The notes under the pieces are model-generated. The model had not been told where the DNA came from. It did no database searches and was given only the letters and a program-made list of their open reading frames with translations. A program made the translations under genes and the position numbers. A stretch of DNA of 64,000 nt, taken from the NCBI GenBank assembly GCA_002269645.1, contig NIVC01002606.1:17123-81122 (forward strand). Direction: 5' to 3'. Shown in pieces: positions 1 through 11,632 of the stretch. The number at the start of each line of letters is the position of its first letter. Position 1 is the first letter of the stretch. Source of the stretch: Macrostomum lignano (lineage: Eukaryota).

Positions 1-3
1 GCT

Positions 4-877
4 TTGTCTAAAGAGAAACAAAGACGCATCTCAGACGTTGTGGAGATGACCACATCGTTATTAAAAAAAGATCGATCGCTGCTGGGAGCTCGCCTCCGAG
101 ACTTTCCCAATGAAGAGCTGATGAGGCTTCAAGCAAGCTTGCAAAAGTTAAACGGTCTGCCAGACAAACGGAAGAGCGTATCGGAGAAGAAAGAAGAGAA
201 TAGACAAGAGGAAACCGTAATTGAAAAAATAAAGGAAAAATTGGAGGATATCGAAGATCGCGGCGTGCGAGTCAGTCTACAGTCACTATTCTCTTCGATT
301 AATTTCGTCGGAGAAAAGTTGTTTGATTTGTCGAGAACATCGATTATCGAGGGCACCAAACAAGTGATAGTTGGCATTGACAATGTGTCAATACTTAAGG
401 CGATCTTACAATTCGAGTTCGGAAGAAGAGTCAACTATTTAAGCTCAAAGTTTGGTATGGACGAACGCGAGCTAGCTCGTGTGTTTGACGTAACCATTCG
501 GAAAGTGAGTGATTATGTGAAGTATTACCGGCTGTGCCTGGAGTTCCCGGGGCTGATCTTCTCGGGTTATTCAATGGGGCGTGTGTTGAACTATAGCGCT
601 CCAATCCGCAAGAAGGCTGCCACCGACACCAGATTTGACCAGCTGCTGAGAATGCAGCACGAAAGTGTTGCCTTCCTTACAATGGAAGGTGAATTTGAAA
701 AGACAATCCAAGCCTGGTACGAAGACGGTAAGTAATTGCTTCACAGTTTTAATTCTATTAAATTTAAATTGATAATTCTTAAAACGTTGCTTTTTTTCAG
801 AGGCCAACGAGGAAGATGATGAAGATGAGGACGAGGACAAAAAAGTGAAGACGTGCTGACGGTGACAACACTCTAAT
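4..877 (+). CDS. Uncharacterised two-exon protein, 5'-truncated by the window edge, with a helical/HTH-like segment and acidic tail; probably mobile-element borne
   Basis: ORF 4-735 has a GTAAGT donor at 728 and a TTTTTTTCAG acceptor ending at 800. Splicing keeps the frame (ED|EANEEDDEDEDEDKKSEDVLTVTTL*, stop 875-877). No family recognised. Confidence 0.65.
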
Positions 878-971
878 ATTTATTCAGGCATTTTATTGAC
901 AAGTCCTTTAGGTTATTGTTTGTTGTGTTAAGATTTCATAAGTATTAATATTTTCATAGAGTGTAGAGAGA

Positions 972-995
972 AGTGGTAAGATATCACTTACCACT
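972..995. other. Perfect 9-bp hairpin
   Basis: AGTGGTAAG-atatca-CTTACCACT, followed by CTAG twice and a G11 run. Confidence 0.7.
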
Positions 996-1170
996 AGATA
1001 CCACTAGGGGGGGGGGGCAAGGCAAGAAAGGCATGAAGAGGTTGTCGCCAAGGTTGTGTGTTAAGAATAGCGGAGTGTAACAGAAAGCGTACACTGGCGT
1101 GGGAGAGAGATTTCTCTGAAACCGAGGTACCCAAGGCCAGCTGGGGAGACGGCCTTGAACGTACTGGGCG

Positions 1171-1250
1171 CACATGATTTTTTCTAACGCGTTAGAGAAA
1201 ATGATGTGTGTACATGATTTTTTCTAACACGTTAGAGAAAATCATGTGTG
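1171..1250. repeat. Two tandem 40-bp imperfect palindromes
   Basis: 1171-1210 and 1211-1250 are near-identical. Each is CATGATTTTTTCTAAC-(G/A)C-GTTAGAGAAAAT(G/C)ATG. Confidence 0.85.
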
Positions 1251-2102
1251 GTTTTTCCGAGACAGTCCAGAATGGCGTCAAGTTGTTTAGAGCCTACTTA
1301 TAAGTAATATGACTAGAAATTCTTACTTCAAGTAATAACACGAGAAAATGTGGGATATGTAGAGAGGATACTGTAGGTTTGTTAGATAACCTTCCTTCTA
1401 ATATAAATTTAGAGCAACTTGTAGACAATTTTAGAAGTACCACCAATTAATAATCATTCTTGTTTTTGTTTATGTAAAACATTGTTATTCTATTTATTAC
1501 AAAATTTCGATAAATAAAAATTCAAAGCTTCATAGAATAAACTCCAACTACAATACGGTATTTTCGGTACCGTATTACGGTACGGTATTTATTTAACAAT
1601 TAATAAATAAGGTCTGCTTTCTTTCTTTTCTTTGTTTTAAGTGAAATTACCATCAACGATTGTACCTTTCATGCAGAGCCAAACTCTTACTAGCATGACT
1701 AAGCAAATTTTCTCAGCTGTGTTCTGAACCAGTGTCTTTGGAGAGCTAGATTAATATTAGGGACATTGATATCAACGCCGGGCCAATATTTTCTCATGTA
1801 CTCGCTGCATTCTAGTTTGCATTGGTACTTACTCTTGTAATTAGGCTCGTGCGCTTTGTAATAAGAACCTGGGGAGACAACTGGAAACATTTTTAGAGAA
1901 AATTTAGATTTTTTTTCAAAGGGTAAGGACCCTGGGTTAGGGGATTTAAAGTCTTAGGGATCTGGTAGCACGTTGCGGATTGAATGTGGGGAGAAGAATG
2001 CAGATTATTTTCTGATTGTTTCGAAGATGCTATGGGTGGATTTGGAGCTGTTATGCTCAGAGCATAAACCCTCAGAGCATAACAGTAGGACACCTGTTAT
2101 GC

Positions 2103-2316
2103 TCTGATTCTGTCAGGGATAATATGGATGGATTTAATGGGATTATGGAGGATGTTTTGTGAGCGAGTGCGACCCCCTTTTTTCTGATTCTGTCGGGGAT
2201 AATATGGATGGATTTAATGGGATTATGGAGGACGTTTTGTTAGCGAGTGCGACCCCCCTTTTTTTCTGATTCTGTCAGGGATAATATAGATGGATTTAAT
2301 GGGATTATGGAGGACG
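2103..2316. repeat. About 80-bp direct repeat, ~2.6 copies
   Basis: TCTGATTCTGTC(A/G)GGGATAATAT recurs at 2103, 2183 and 2265. Confidence 0.85.
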
Positions 2317-2356
2317 TGAAAAATTTTGTCCCAAAAGCCCCCTCATGCCTTCTACT

Positions 2357-3140
2357 AAGCCACAAGGCAACTCACCCCAGCTCAAAGCCACAAGGAAACT
2401 CACCCCAGCTCAAAGCCACAAGGCAACTCACCCCAGCTCAAAGCCACAAGGCAACTCACCCCAGCTCAAAGCCACAAGGCAACTCACCCCAGCTCAAAGC
2501 CACAAGGCAACTCACCCCAGCTCAAAGCCACAAGGCAACTCACCCCAGCTCAAAGCCACAAGGCAACTCACCCCAGCTCAAAGCCACAAGGCAACTCACC
2601 CCAGCTCAAAGCCACAAGGAAACTCACCCCAGCTCAAAGCCACAAGGCAACTCACCCCAGCTCAAAGCCACAAGGAAACTCACCCCAGCTCAAAGCCACA
2701 AGGCAACTCACCCCAGCTCAAAGCCACAAGGCAACTCACCCCAGCTCAAAGCCACAAGGCAACTCACCCCAGCTCAAAGCCACAAGGCAACTCACCCCAG
2801 CTCAAAGCCACAAGGAAACTCACCCCAGCTCAAAGCCACAAGGCAACTCACCCCAGCTCAAAGCCACAAGGCAACTCACCCCAGCTCAAAGCCACAAGGC
2901 AACTCACCCCAGCTCAAAGCCACAAGGCAACTCACCCCAGCTCAAAGCCACAAGGAAACTCACCCCAGCTCAAAGCCACAAGGCAACTCACCCCAGCTCA
3001 AAGCCACAAGGCAACTCACCCCAGCTCAAAGCCACAAGGCAACTCACCCCAGCTCAAAGCCACAAGGCAACTCACCCCAGCTCAAAGCCACAAGGCAACT
3101 CACCCCAGCTCAAAGCCACAAGGCAACTCACCCCCAGCTC
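2357..3140. repeat. 28-bp minisatellite (~28 copies) in an RNase T2 intron
   Basis: Unit AAGCCACAAGG(C/A)AACTCACCCCAGCTCA; explains ORFs 2247..3248 and 2345..3151. Confidence 0.97.
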
Positions 3141-6100
3141 GGATTCGTTGAACGCAGTGGAGTTGCAGAACATGGGCGGCTTGGACGGAGAATCTTTGGA
3201 CTCGGCCCTGAAAAAAGCGGTGTTCCGAAATTAACCACTCTACTTTAAGTAGGCCGCTTAGGCCGCTGATAAAATCAAATCGCAGTCGAACTCACCAAAG
3301 TCCATGAATGTTGAACCTTTTCTGTAGCAGCTCCTTGTGCTTGCACTGCGGGTTAACACGAGGAACTACGAATGTGTGCGTGATTCCATTGAGTTCATCA
3401 GGTCATGACCTCATATAGAAAGTACGTCGTGTGAGCTTCCTAAATTTTGCAGGCAGGTGCACGCTATAGTTTACATTTTAAATTACAAAGAATAATTCTG
3501 TCACCCCGAGTTCACTGTCTCGAAAAGTTCACACCGGCCCTTAGTTCACCCTCTCCACAGGTTAACACCCCCTTAGTTCACCCTCTCCATAAGTTCACAC
3601 CCCTTAATTCACCCTCTCCCTAAGTTCACACCCCTTAGTTCACCCTCTCCATAAGTTCACACCCCTTAGTTCACCCTCTCCATAAGTTCACACCCCCTTT
3701 AGTTCACCCTCTCCCTAAATTCACACCCCCTTAGTTCACCCTCTCCATAAGTTCACACCCCTTAGTTCACCCTCTCCATAAGTTCACACCCCCTTTAGTT
3801 CACCCTCTCCATAAGTTCACACCCCTTAGTTCACCCTCTCTACAGCTTAACACCCCCTTAGTTCACCCTCTCCATAAGTTCACACCCCTTAGTTCACCCT
3901 CTCCATAAGTTCACACCCCCTTTAGTTCACCCTCTCCATAAGTTCACACCCCTTAGTTCACCCTCTCTACAGCTTAACACCCCCTTAGTTCACTCTCTCC
4001 CTAAGTTCACACCCCTTAGTTCACCCTCTCCCTAAATTCACACCCCTTAGTTCACCCTCTCCCTAAATTCACACCCCCTTAGTTCACTCTCTCCCTAAGT
4101 TCACACCCCCTTAGTTCACCCCCTCATCCTTGAATCCCCAGTCAACCAGAGACCGCAGCACAGACCGAGGTCACCGAGCAGAAGGAGAAGGGCCACTCTC
4201 TGGTGAGCAGGATGAAGTCAAACTCCGACTTGTCTCGGGCCGCCCCGAGGCAGCAGAGGCTGGCCAGGGTGATGAGGCCTACAAAGCTGCTGGAATTCAA
4301 GCGGCGATATGGAATTTAAGTTCCAAGTTCGAGTCAGCTAAAAATTGAAAACTTGGCTTTGAAATCAAGGTAAATCAGAAATCTGCGTACCGGCCTTTCT
4401 CTCAGTCCACCTGTATCCGTCTGAGTCACCTGTCTCCCTCTCAGTCCACCTGTCTCCCTCTCAGTCCACCTGTATCCGTCTCAGTCCACCTGTCTCCCTC
4501 TCAGTCCACCTGTCTCCCTCTCAGTCCACCTGTATCCGTCTGAGTCACCTGTCTCCCTCTCAGTCCACCTGTATCCGTCTCAGTCCACCTGTCTCCCTCT
4601 CAGTCCACCTGTCTCCCTCTCAGTCCACCTGTATCCGTCTCAGTCCACCTGTCTCCCTCTCAGTCCACCTGTCTCCCTCTCAGTCCACCTGTATCCGTCT
4701 CAGTCCACCTGTCTCCCTCTCAGTCCACCTGTCTCCCTCTCAGTCCACCTGTATCCGTCTCAGTCCACCTGTCTCCCTCTCAGTCCACCTGTCTCCCTCT
4801 CAGTCCACCTGTCTCCCTCTCAGTCCACCTGTATCCGTCTCAGTCCACCTGTCTCCCTCTCAGTCCACCTGTCTCCCTCTCAGTCCACCTGTATCCCTCT
4901 CAGTCCACCTGTCTCCCTCTCAGTCCACCTGTATCCGTCTCAGTCCACCTGTCTCCCTCTCAGTCCACCTGTCTCCCTCTCAGTCCACCTGTATCCGTCT
5001 CAGTCCACCTGTCTCCCTCTCAGTCCACCTGTCTCCCTCTCAGTCCACCTGTATCCGTCTCAGTCCACCTGTCTCCCTCTCAGTCCACCTGTCTCCCTCT
5101 CAGTCCACCTGTATCCGTCTCAGTCCACCTGTCTCCCTCTCAGTCCACCTGTATCCGTCTCAGTCCACCTGTCTCCCTCTCAGTCCACCTGTATCCGTCT
5201 CAGTCCACCTGTCTCCCTCTCAGTCCACCTGTCTCCCTCTCAGTCCACCTGTATCCGTCTGAGTCACCTGTCTCCCTCTCAGTCCACCTGTATCCGTCTC
5301 AGTCCACCTGTCTCCCTCTCAGTCCACCTGTCTCCCTCTCAGTCCACCTGTATCCGTCTCAGTCCACCTGTCTCCCTCTCAGTCCACCTGTATCCGTCTC
5401 AGTCCACCTGTCTCCCTCTCAGTCCACCTGTCTCCCTCTCAGTCCACCTGTATCCGTCTCAGTCCACCTGTCTCCCTCTCAGTCCACCTGTCTCCCTCTC
5501 AGTCCACCTGTATCCGTCTCAGTCCACCTGTCTCCCTCTCAGTCCACCTGTCTCCCTCTCAGTCCACCTGTATCCGTCTCAGTCCACCTGTCTCCCTCTC
5601 AGTCCACCTGTCTCCCTCTCAGTCCACCTGTCTCCCTCTCAGTCCACCTGTATCCGTCTCAGTCCACCTGTATCCGTCTCAGTCCACCTGTCTCCCTCTC
5701 AGTCCACCTGTATCCGTCTCAGTCCACCTGTCTCCCTCTCAGTCCACCTGTCTCCCTCTCAGTCCACCTGTATCCGTCTCAGTCCACCTGTCTCCCTCTC
5801 AGTCCACCTGTCTCCCTCTCAGTCCACCTGTATCCGTCTCAGTCCACCTGTCTCCCTCTCAGTCCACCTGTCTCCCTCTCAGTCCACCTGTATCCGTCTC
5901 AGTCCACCTGTCTCCCTCTCAGTCCACCTGTCTCCCTCTCAGTCCACCTGTATCCGTCTCAGTCCACCTGTCTCCCTCTCAGTCCACCTGTATCCGTCTC
6001 AGTCCACCTGTCTCCCTCTCAGTCCACCTGTATCCGTCTCAGTCCACCTGTCTCCCTCTCAGTCCACCTGTATCCGTCTCAGTCCACCTGTCTCCCTCTC

Positions 6101-6857
6101 AGTCCACCTGTCTCCCTCTCAGTCCACCTGTATCCGTCTCAGTCCACCTGTATCCGTCTCAGTCCACCTGTCTCCTTCTCAGTCCACCTGTATCCGTCTC
6201 AGTCCACCTGTCTCCCTCTCAGTCCACCTGTCTCCCTCTCAGTCCACCTGTATCCGTCTCAGTCCACCTGTATCCGTCTCAGTCCACCTGTATCCGTCTC
6301 AGTCCACCTGTCTCCCTCTCAGTCCACCTGTCTCCCTCTCAGTCCACCTGTCTCCCTCTCAGTCCACCTGTCTCCCTCTCAGTCCACCTGTCTCCCTCTC
6401 AGTCCACCTGTCTCCCTCTCAGTCCACCTGTCTCCCTCTCAGTCCACCTGTCTCCCTCTCAGTCCACCTGTATCCGTCTCAGTCCACCTGTATCCGTCTC
6501 AGTCCACCTGTCTCCCTCTCAGTCCACCTGTCTCCCTCTCAGTCCACCTGTCTCCCTCTCAGTCCACCTGTCTCCCTCTCAGTCCACCTGTGTCCGTCTC
6601 AGTCCACCTGTATCCGTCTCAGTCCACCTGTCTCCCTCTCAGTCCACCTGTCTCCCTCTCAGTCCATCTGTCTCCCTCTCAGTCCACCTGTCTCCCATCT
6701 TTCTACCAAAGTTGACTCCGAATAGGATTCCTTTGGCAAGTGGGACTTCATCCCAAAAGCTAAGCTATAAATACACTGACGTAATGCTAATCGATAATGG
6801 CGCTGTATTTTTGGCTCACTGGAGTAGCGATCTTAGAAAAACTTACAGAAGATGCAT
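3132..6857 (-). CDS. RNASET2: Ribonuclease T2 family protein, 5' part (4 coding exons; 3' exons not in the window)
   Basis: Exons are 6857-6847 (ATG, GTAAGT donor), 4289-4175 (or -4166), 3345-3296 and 3207-3132, all phase-compatible. Product: MHLLSFVGLITLASLCCLGAA (signal peptide) RDKSEFDFILLTREWPFSFCS..CKHKELLQKRFNIHGLWAESKDSPSKPPMFCNSTAFNESELG. It has the RNase T2 N-terminal F-x-L-x-x-x-WP-x-x-C motif and the CAS I IHGLW motif. Confidence 0.85.
3537..4125. repeat. 31-33 bp minisatellite (intronic)
   Basis: Unit CCCTTAGTTCACCCTCTCCATAAGTTCACAC(C). Confidence 0.95.
4402..6695. repeat. 20-bp minisatellite (~114 copies, two variants) in RNase T2 intron 1
   Basis: CTCAGTCCACCTGTCTCCCT interspersed with CTCAGTCCACCTGTATCCGT. 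Confidence 0.98.
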
Positions 6858-7094
6858 TTGGACCGAGCGACAGCACTGACAGGTGGCAGAAAGTTTCTAG
6901 CATAGCAATAAGCTGGGCTGGCCCCGCGCCAATACATATAGATGTAGCTTGTGCCAAGCTGCCTGCATCCGCATGTGGCCTGTGGCCCTGTGGCTGCTTA
7001 GATAAAGTCAGGGGTGGCAGCAATGTTTACATTTGAACGATTTGTTACCAAAAATTATCTGTGCGATACCCAGTCAGGCTTGAACACTCATGGC

Positions 7095-8172
7095 ACCTGT
7101 GCCACTCAGTTTGTGTCCCCTGTGCCCTGTGCCCACCCAGCTTGTGTCCCCTGTGCCCTGTCCATTCAGCTTGTGTCCCCTGTGCCCTGTGCCCACCCAG
7201 CTTGTGTCCCCTGTGCCCTGTCCATTCAGCTTGTGTCCCCTGTGCCCTGTCCATTCAGCTTGTGTCCCCTGTGCCCTGTCCATTCAGCTTGTGTCCCCTG
7301 TGCCTGTCCATTCAGCTTGTGTCCCCTGTGCCCTGTGCCCACTCAGTTTGTGTCCCCTGTGCCCTGTGCCCACCCAGCTTGTGTCCCCTGTGCCCTGTCC
7401 ATTCAGCTTGTGTCCCCTGTGCCTGTCCATTCAGCTTGTGTCCCCTCTGTGCCCTGTCCATTCAGCTTGTGTCCCCTGTGCCCTGTCCATTCAGCTTGTG
7501 TCCCCTCTGTGCCTGTCCATTCAGCTTGTGTCCCCTGTGCCTGTCCATTCAGCTTGTGTCCCCTCTGTGCCTGTCCATTCAGCTTGTGTCCTCTGTGCCT
7601 GTCCATTCAGCTTGTGTCCCCTGTGCCTGTCCATTCAGCTTGTGTCCCCTCTGTGCCTGTCCATTCAGCTTGTGTCCCCTCTGTGCCTGTCCATTCAGCT
7701 TGTGTCCCCTGTGCCTGTCCATTCAGCTTGTGTCCTCTGTGCCCTGTCCATTCAGCTTGTGTCCTCTGTGCCCTGTCCATTCAGCTTGTGTCCTCTGTGC
7801 CCTGTCCATTCAGCTTGTGTCCTCTGTGCCCTGTCCATTCAGCTTGTGTCCTCTGTGCCCTGTCCATTCAGCTTGTGTCCCCTCTGTGCCTGTCCATTCA
7901 GCTTGTGTCCCCTGTGCCCTGTCCATTCAGCTTGTGTCCCCTCTGTGCCTGTCCATTCAGCTTGTGTCCCCTGTGCCCTGTCCATTCAGCTTGTGTCCCC
8001 TGTGCCTGTCCATTCAGCTTGTGTCCCCTCTGTGCCTGTCCATTCAGCTTGTGTCCCCTCTGTGCCTGTCCATTCAGCTTGTGTCCCCTGTGCCTGTCCA
8101 TTCAGCTTGTGTCCCCTGTGCCTGTCCATTCAGCTTGTGTCCCCTGTGCCTGTCCATTCAGCTTGTGTCCCC
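7095..8172. repeat. 28-35 bp minisatellite
   Basis: Unit CCATTCAGCTTGTGTCCCCTGTGCCCTGT with length variants; explains the Cys/Pro-rich ORFs at 7014-8278. Confidence 0.97.
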
Positions 8173-9832
8173 TTCTCCTCCATCCATCATCTGCCTGCCT
8201 CTCAGACTACCACTACAGAGTGAATATTCAAGCTACACTACTGATTTTCTCTCAGCAGTAGTATGCCAAAAACATTGAACCACACAATGAAGAGAAGGAT
8301 TGACAACTCCGCGAAGCCGCCCGCCGAGGGCTCTCAGATGCCCATTGTTCCCGGCGACGCGACTAAACAAAGGAGCGCCGGGGCAGGCGGGCCGTGGGGC
8401 CGAGGAAGCTGGCCGGGCCGCAAGAGACGCGACCTGCAACTGCCGGCTGTAAAAAATTGATGAGGCAAGTCTGCTGAGCCGCCTCATCAATCATGCAACA
8501 GGAGGCTGCGCCGTTTCTCCTCGATTCTCCCCGCACCCCTTTCTCTATCCTCCCCTCCCCAACTGCCCATTATTTCGCTTCCTGGCAGCCGCACACGGCA
8601 GCTTCTCAGTTCCAGCATCACAAAAGGGATGAAGATGAGGAGCTGAGGACGGAGGGGAAGTGGGGAGTGCGGTGCGGCCGCCTGCTGGGAAGGAAAGCGC
8701 CCTTGCAGCCTCCGTGCCTCATCTACTACCTAGCGTTCCTATTCACTCGTCATCTCCCACGGCCCCATGTTGTGCTGCTCCCCCATTTTTTGCGCGGAGC
8801 TGGGCGGCTGCAGCCCTCACAGCCGGCAGACAATTGAGATGCTGGCAGTGAGAGGCGATGAAGCTGCAGCAGCCTCCAATTCACTGGCAATGCTGCTGCA
8901 GAAAAGTTTAGCTGAGTGGGCGGCCCAGCCTTGCGGGCTCTGGGACAGCTGGGGTGGGGCGGCCGCCAGCTGCTGCCGCCTGCCTTCCGCCCGCGGGCCA
9001 TTGTGGCCCGGCAGCCCCGGGGCCGGCAGGGAGAAGAAAAGGCGAGCCAGGCGAGGACAAAAAATTGCAAGAAAAAATTGAGAATGAAGGAGGGCGGGGA
9101 GGGGAGAGGGGGGCAGCGGCGACATTCCATGGGGCGCGCAGATTGCAGGAGAAACCGCGGCTGCCAGGGCTGGGATTTGCGCCAAGGTGTGGTGGGCAAG
9201 GCGGACACGCCGCCGTAAAAAAGGTAAGGGAGAGAAGAGAGGAGATTTCCGCTGGAGGGGCTGCTCAGCTGATTAGGAAGCAGAAATGCGGGATCCAGCG
9301 AATCGATTGCCGGAGGCCTGCCGCGGGTTGCTAAGGAAGTCAAGTACCCGGGGAGGGTCGTGGCCGCATGTTTTTTGCCTAAGCAGCGCCCACTGCAGCC
9401 GGGGGGAGTGCTCACTTCCCCTGCCCCCCGACTGGCACTCCAGCGCAGGCGCTGACACCTTGGCTTGGCTTGAAATCAGGGAGCCGAAGCGCGAGGCAAG
9501 GAGCCGAGTGGCCTGCCCTGGTCTCGCACGTGTTGGCCCCTTGCTGGGATTTCAACTGCAGGCTGACTTGGGAGACAGCCGAGCCTCTGGGAAAGTGACA
9601 GACAGACAGGCACTTCGCAGCTGAGATCTCCTCCAAGCCTGCAGAGGCGGAGGGAGAACCACCTGCTTGCAGTTCTCCCGTCTGCCTCTTCCCAACTTCG
9701 AACTGGCCGGGTTGAAATCACAGCTGCCAGCTTGACTTTCTCCAACACCTGAGCTTCATTCTCGAACTCAGACTGAGTGACCTGGGCTGAGCACCCCACA
9801 TTCTCAAGCCAGGCACGCGGTTAACGCGTTTG

Positions 9833-10520
9833 CATCAATAACAGAATCCGCTCCTTGAATAACAGAATCCGCTCCTTGAATAACAGAATCCGCTCCTTGA
9901 ATAACAGAATCCGCTCCTTGAATAACAGAATCCGCTCCTTGAATAACAGAATCCGCTCCTTGAAGAACAGAATCCGCTCCTTGAATAACAGAATCCGCTC
10001 CTTGAATAACAGAATCCGCTCTTTGAATAACAGAATCCGCTCCTTGAATAACAGAATCCGCTTCTTTGATAACAGAATCCGCTCCTTTGATAACAGAATC
10101 CGCTCCTTTGATAACAGAATCCGCTCTTTGAATAACAGAATCCGCTCCTTTGATAACAGAATCCGCTCCTTGAATAACAGAATCCGCTCCTTGAATAACA
10201 GAATCCGCTCCTTTGATAACAGAATCCATTTCTTCGATAACAGAATCCGCTCCTTTGATGACAGAATCCGCTCCTTGCATAACAGAATCCGCTCCTTGAA
10301 TAACAGAATCCGCTCCTTGAATAACAGAATCCGCTCCTTGAATAACAGAATCCGCTCCTTGAATAACAGAATCCGCTCCTTTGATAACAGAATCCGCTCC
10401 TTGGATAACAGAATCCGCTCCTTGAATAACAGAATCCGCTCCTTGAATAACAGAATCCGCTCCTTTGATAACAGAATCCGCTCCTTGGATAACAGAATCC
10501 GCCCCATAAAAACAGAATCC
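9833..10520. repeat. 21-bp minisatellite
   Basis: Unit AATAACAGAATCCGCTCCTTG; explains the 7-aa-periodic ORFs on both strands. Confidence 0.97.
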
Positions 10521-11632
10521 GCCCCATTAAAAAACGGAATATTCCCCTTACGGAAGCCAACCCAGACCGTGCAGCTTCGCTCCCGGGACCGACGACAAGG
10601 GAATCTGCTAAATCTGCTACTGAGATGAAAAGAAGTTGCAGCTGTGGGCAGAGCCATGCTGCAAGCGGTTCAGACAAAGCCGAATTTTTTGTGACAGAAG
10701 CTCAGACACCCGGCCGGCAACACAACCAGATAGCCAGCAAGGGACGCACAAGGAGCTAGTGCTCGGGAGTTATTTAACAGACATTTATCCGTAGCTCCTG
10801 AAGCAGCATTCCCCACGAAAAAACTGCATAAAAGCTGCCGCATCAACAGCAGGTGAAATGTGCTTCTCAAATTTGCTTATAGCAAAGAATCAGCTGCTTT
10901 AATCTGCTCAGGCGAGACAGCGCAAATTCCTGCAGTGAAAAATTTCAAACCTTCTCACGACACGGCAAACACTGGGAAGGCAGGACTGAGGAGCGGTGTG
11001 AGAGCTGCCTGCTGCTCCTGTGGCTCACAGCTTAGCCTGAGAAAATGAAAATTCTGTCGTCACGGCGACGGCCGACGCCGCTGCACCGCAGGGCGTCTCG
11101 CTGCCGCACCCGCCCCAACTCCGCCTGCGGCAGCTGTGAGCAGCTGTGAGTCAATAATAAGGGCGAGCCTGCCCTGTGCGGCTTGGCAGCTCGCAGCATG
11201 GGTGGCATCGCTCACTCTGAGCGCTCATCGCCCCATTTGGGGTGTTGGAGAGGCCCAGAGCTGCCCCACTCAGGCCTGTCCTGGGCTGACCCGCTACAGC
11301 TGGACCCCTGCCGCCTCCTTCGCCGCGTCGCCCTCCTGTAGCCACTCATTGTCCCGCGGCGGGGGTGGCGGCCCCTGCGGAGAAGAGCGAGGCGGGGCCC
11401 ACATCACTACCCACTCCATGTGTTGAGTTGCCCTTGGCCGGACAATTGTCAGAGAGTTGCTAAACTCGTACCTGGCAAATCTATTGTGAGCCTAAGAGGC
11501 TGCCCTGGAGACACCCAGCCCCTCCTCAGGAGACTGCAGTCTGCTGCAAGATCAATCACAATAGAAATTTAAGGGGTCCTAGAATGTAGAAGGAATATTC
11601 TTCACCCAGGAAGAGGATAGGGAGAAAAGATA

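Noticed and set aside
1699-1890. EYMRKYWPG.. as the missing RNase T2 CAS II exon
   Set aside because: Available acceptors need phase 1 or 2 while exon 4 ends in phase 0, there is no HEWxKHG, and the composition differs from the other exons.
4402-6695. CRISPR-like appearance of the regular arrays (also 41715-48800)
   Set aside because: No unique spacers, no cas genes, eukaryotic context.
9476-9799. ORF with faint kinase- or OB-fold-like words (EFENEAQVLEKV; VRSWEEADG)
   Set aside because: No sustained motif match, no partner exons found, and third-position GC lower than in the real host genes.
2247-10677. Long repetitive ORFs (2247..3248, 7014..8278, 9804..10677 and overlaps)
   Set aside because: They coincide with minisatellites whose units lack stops and are open in several frames or on both strands at once.
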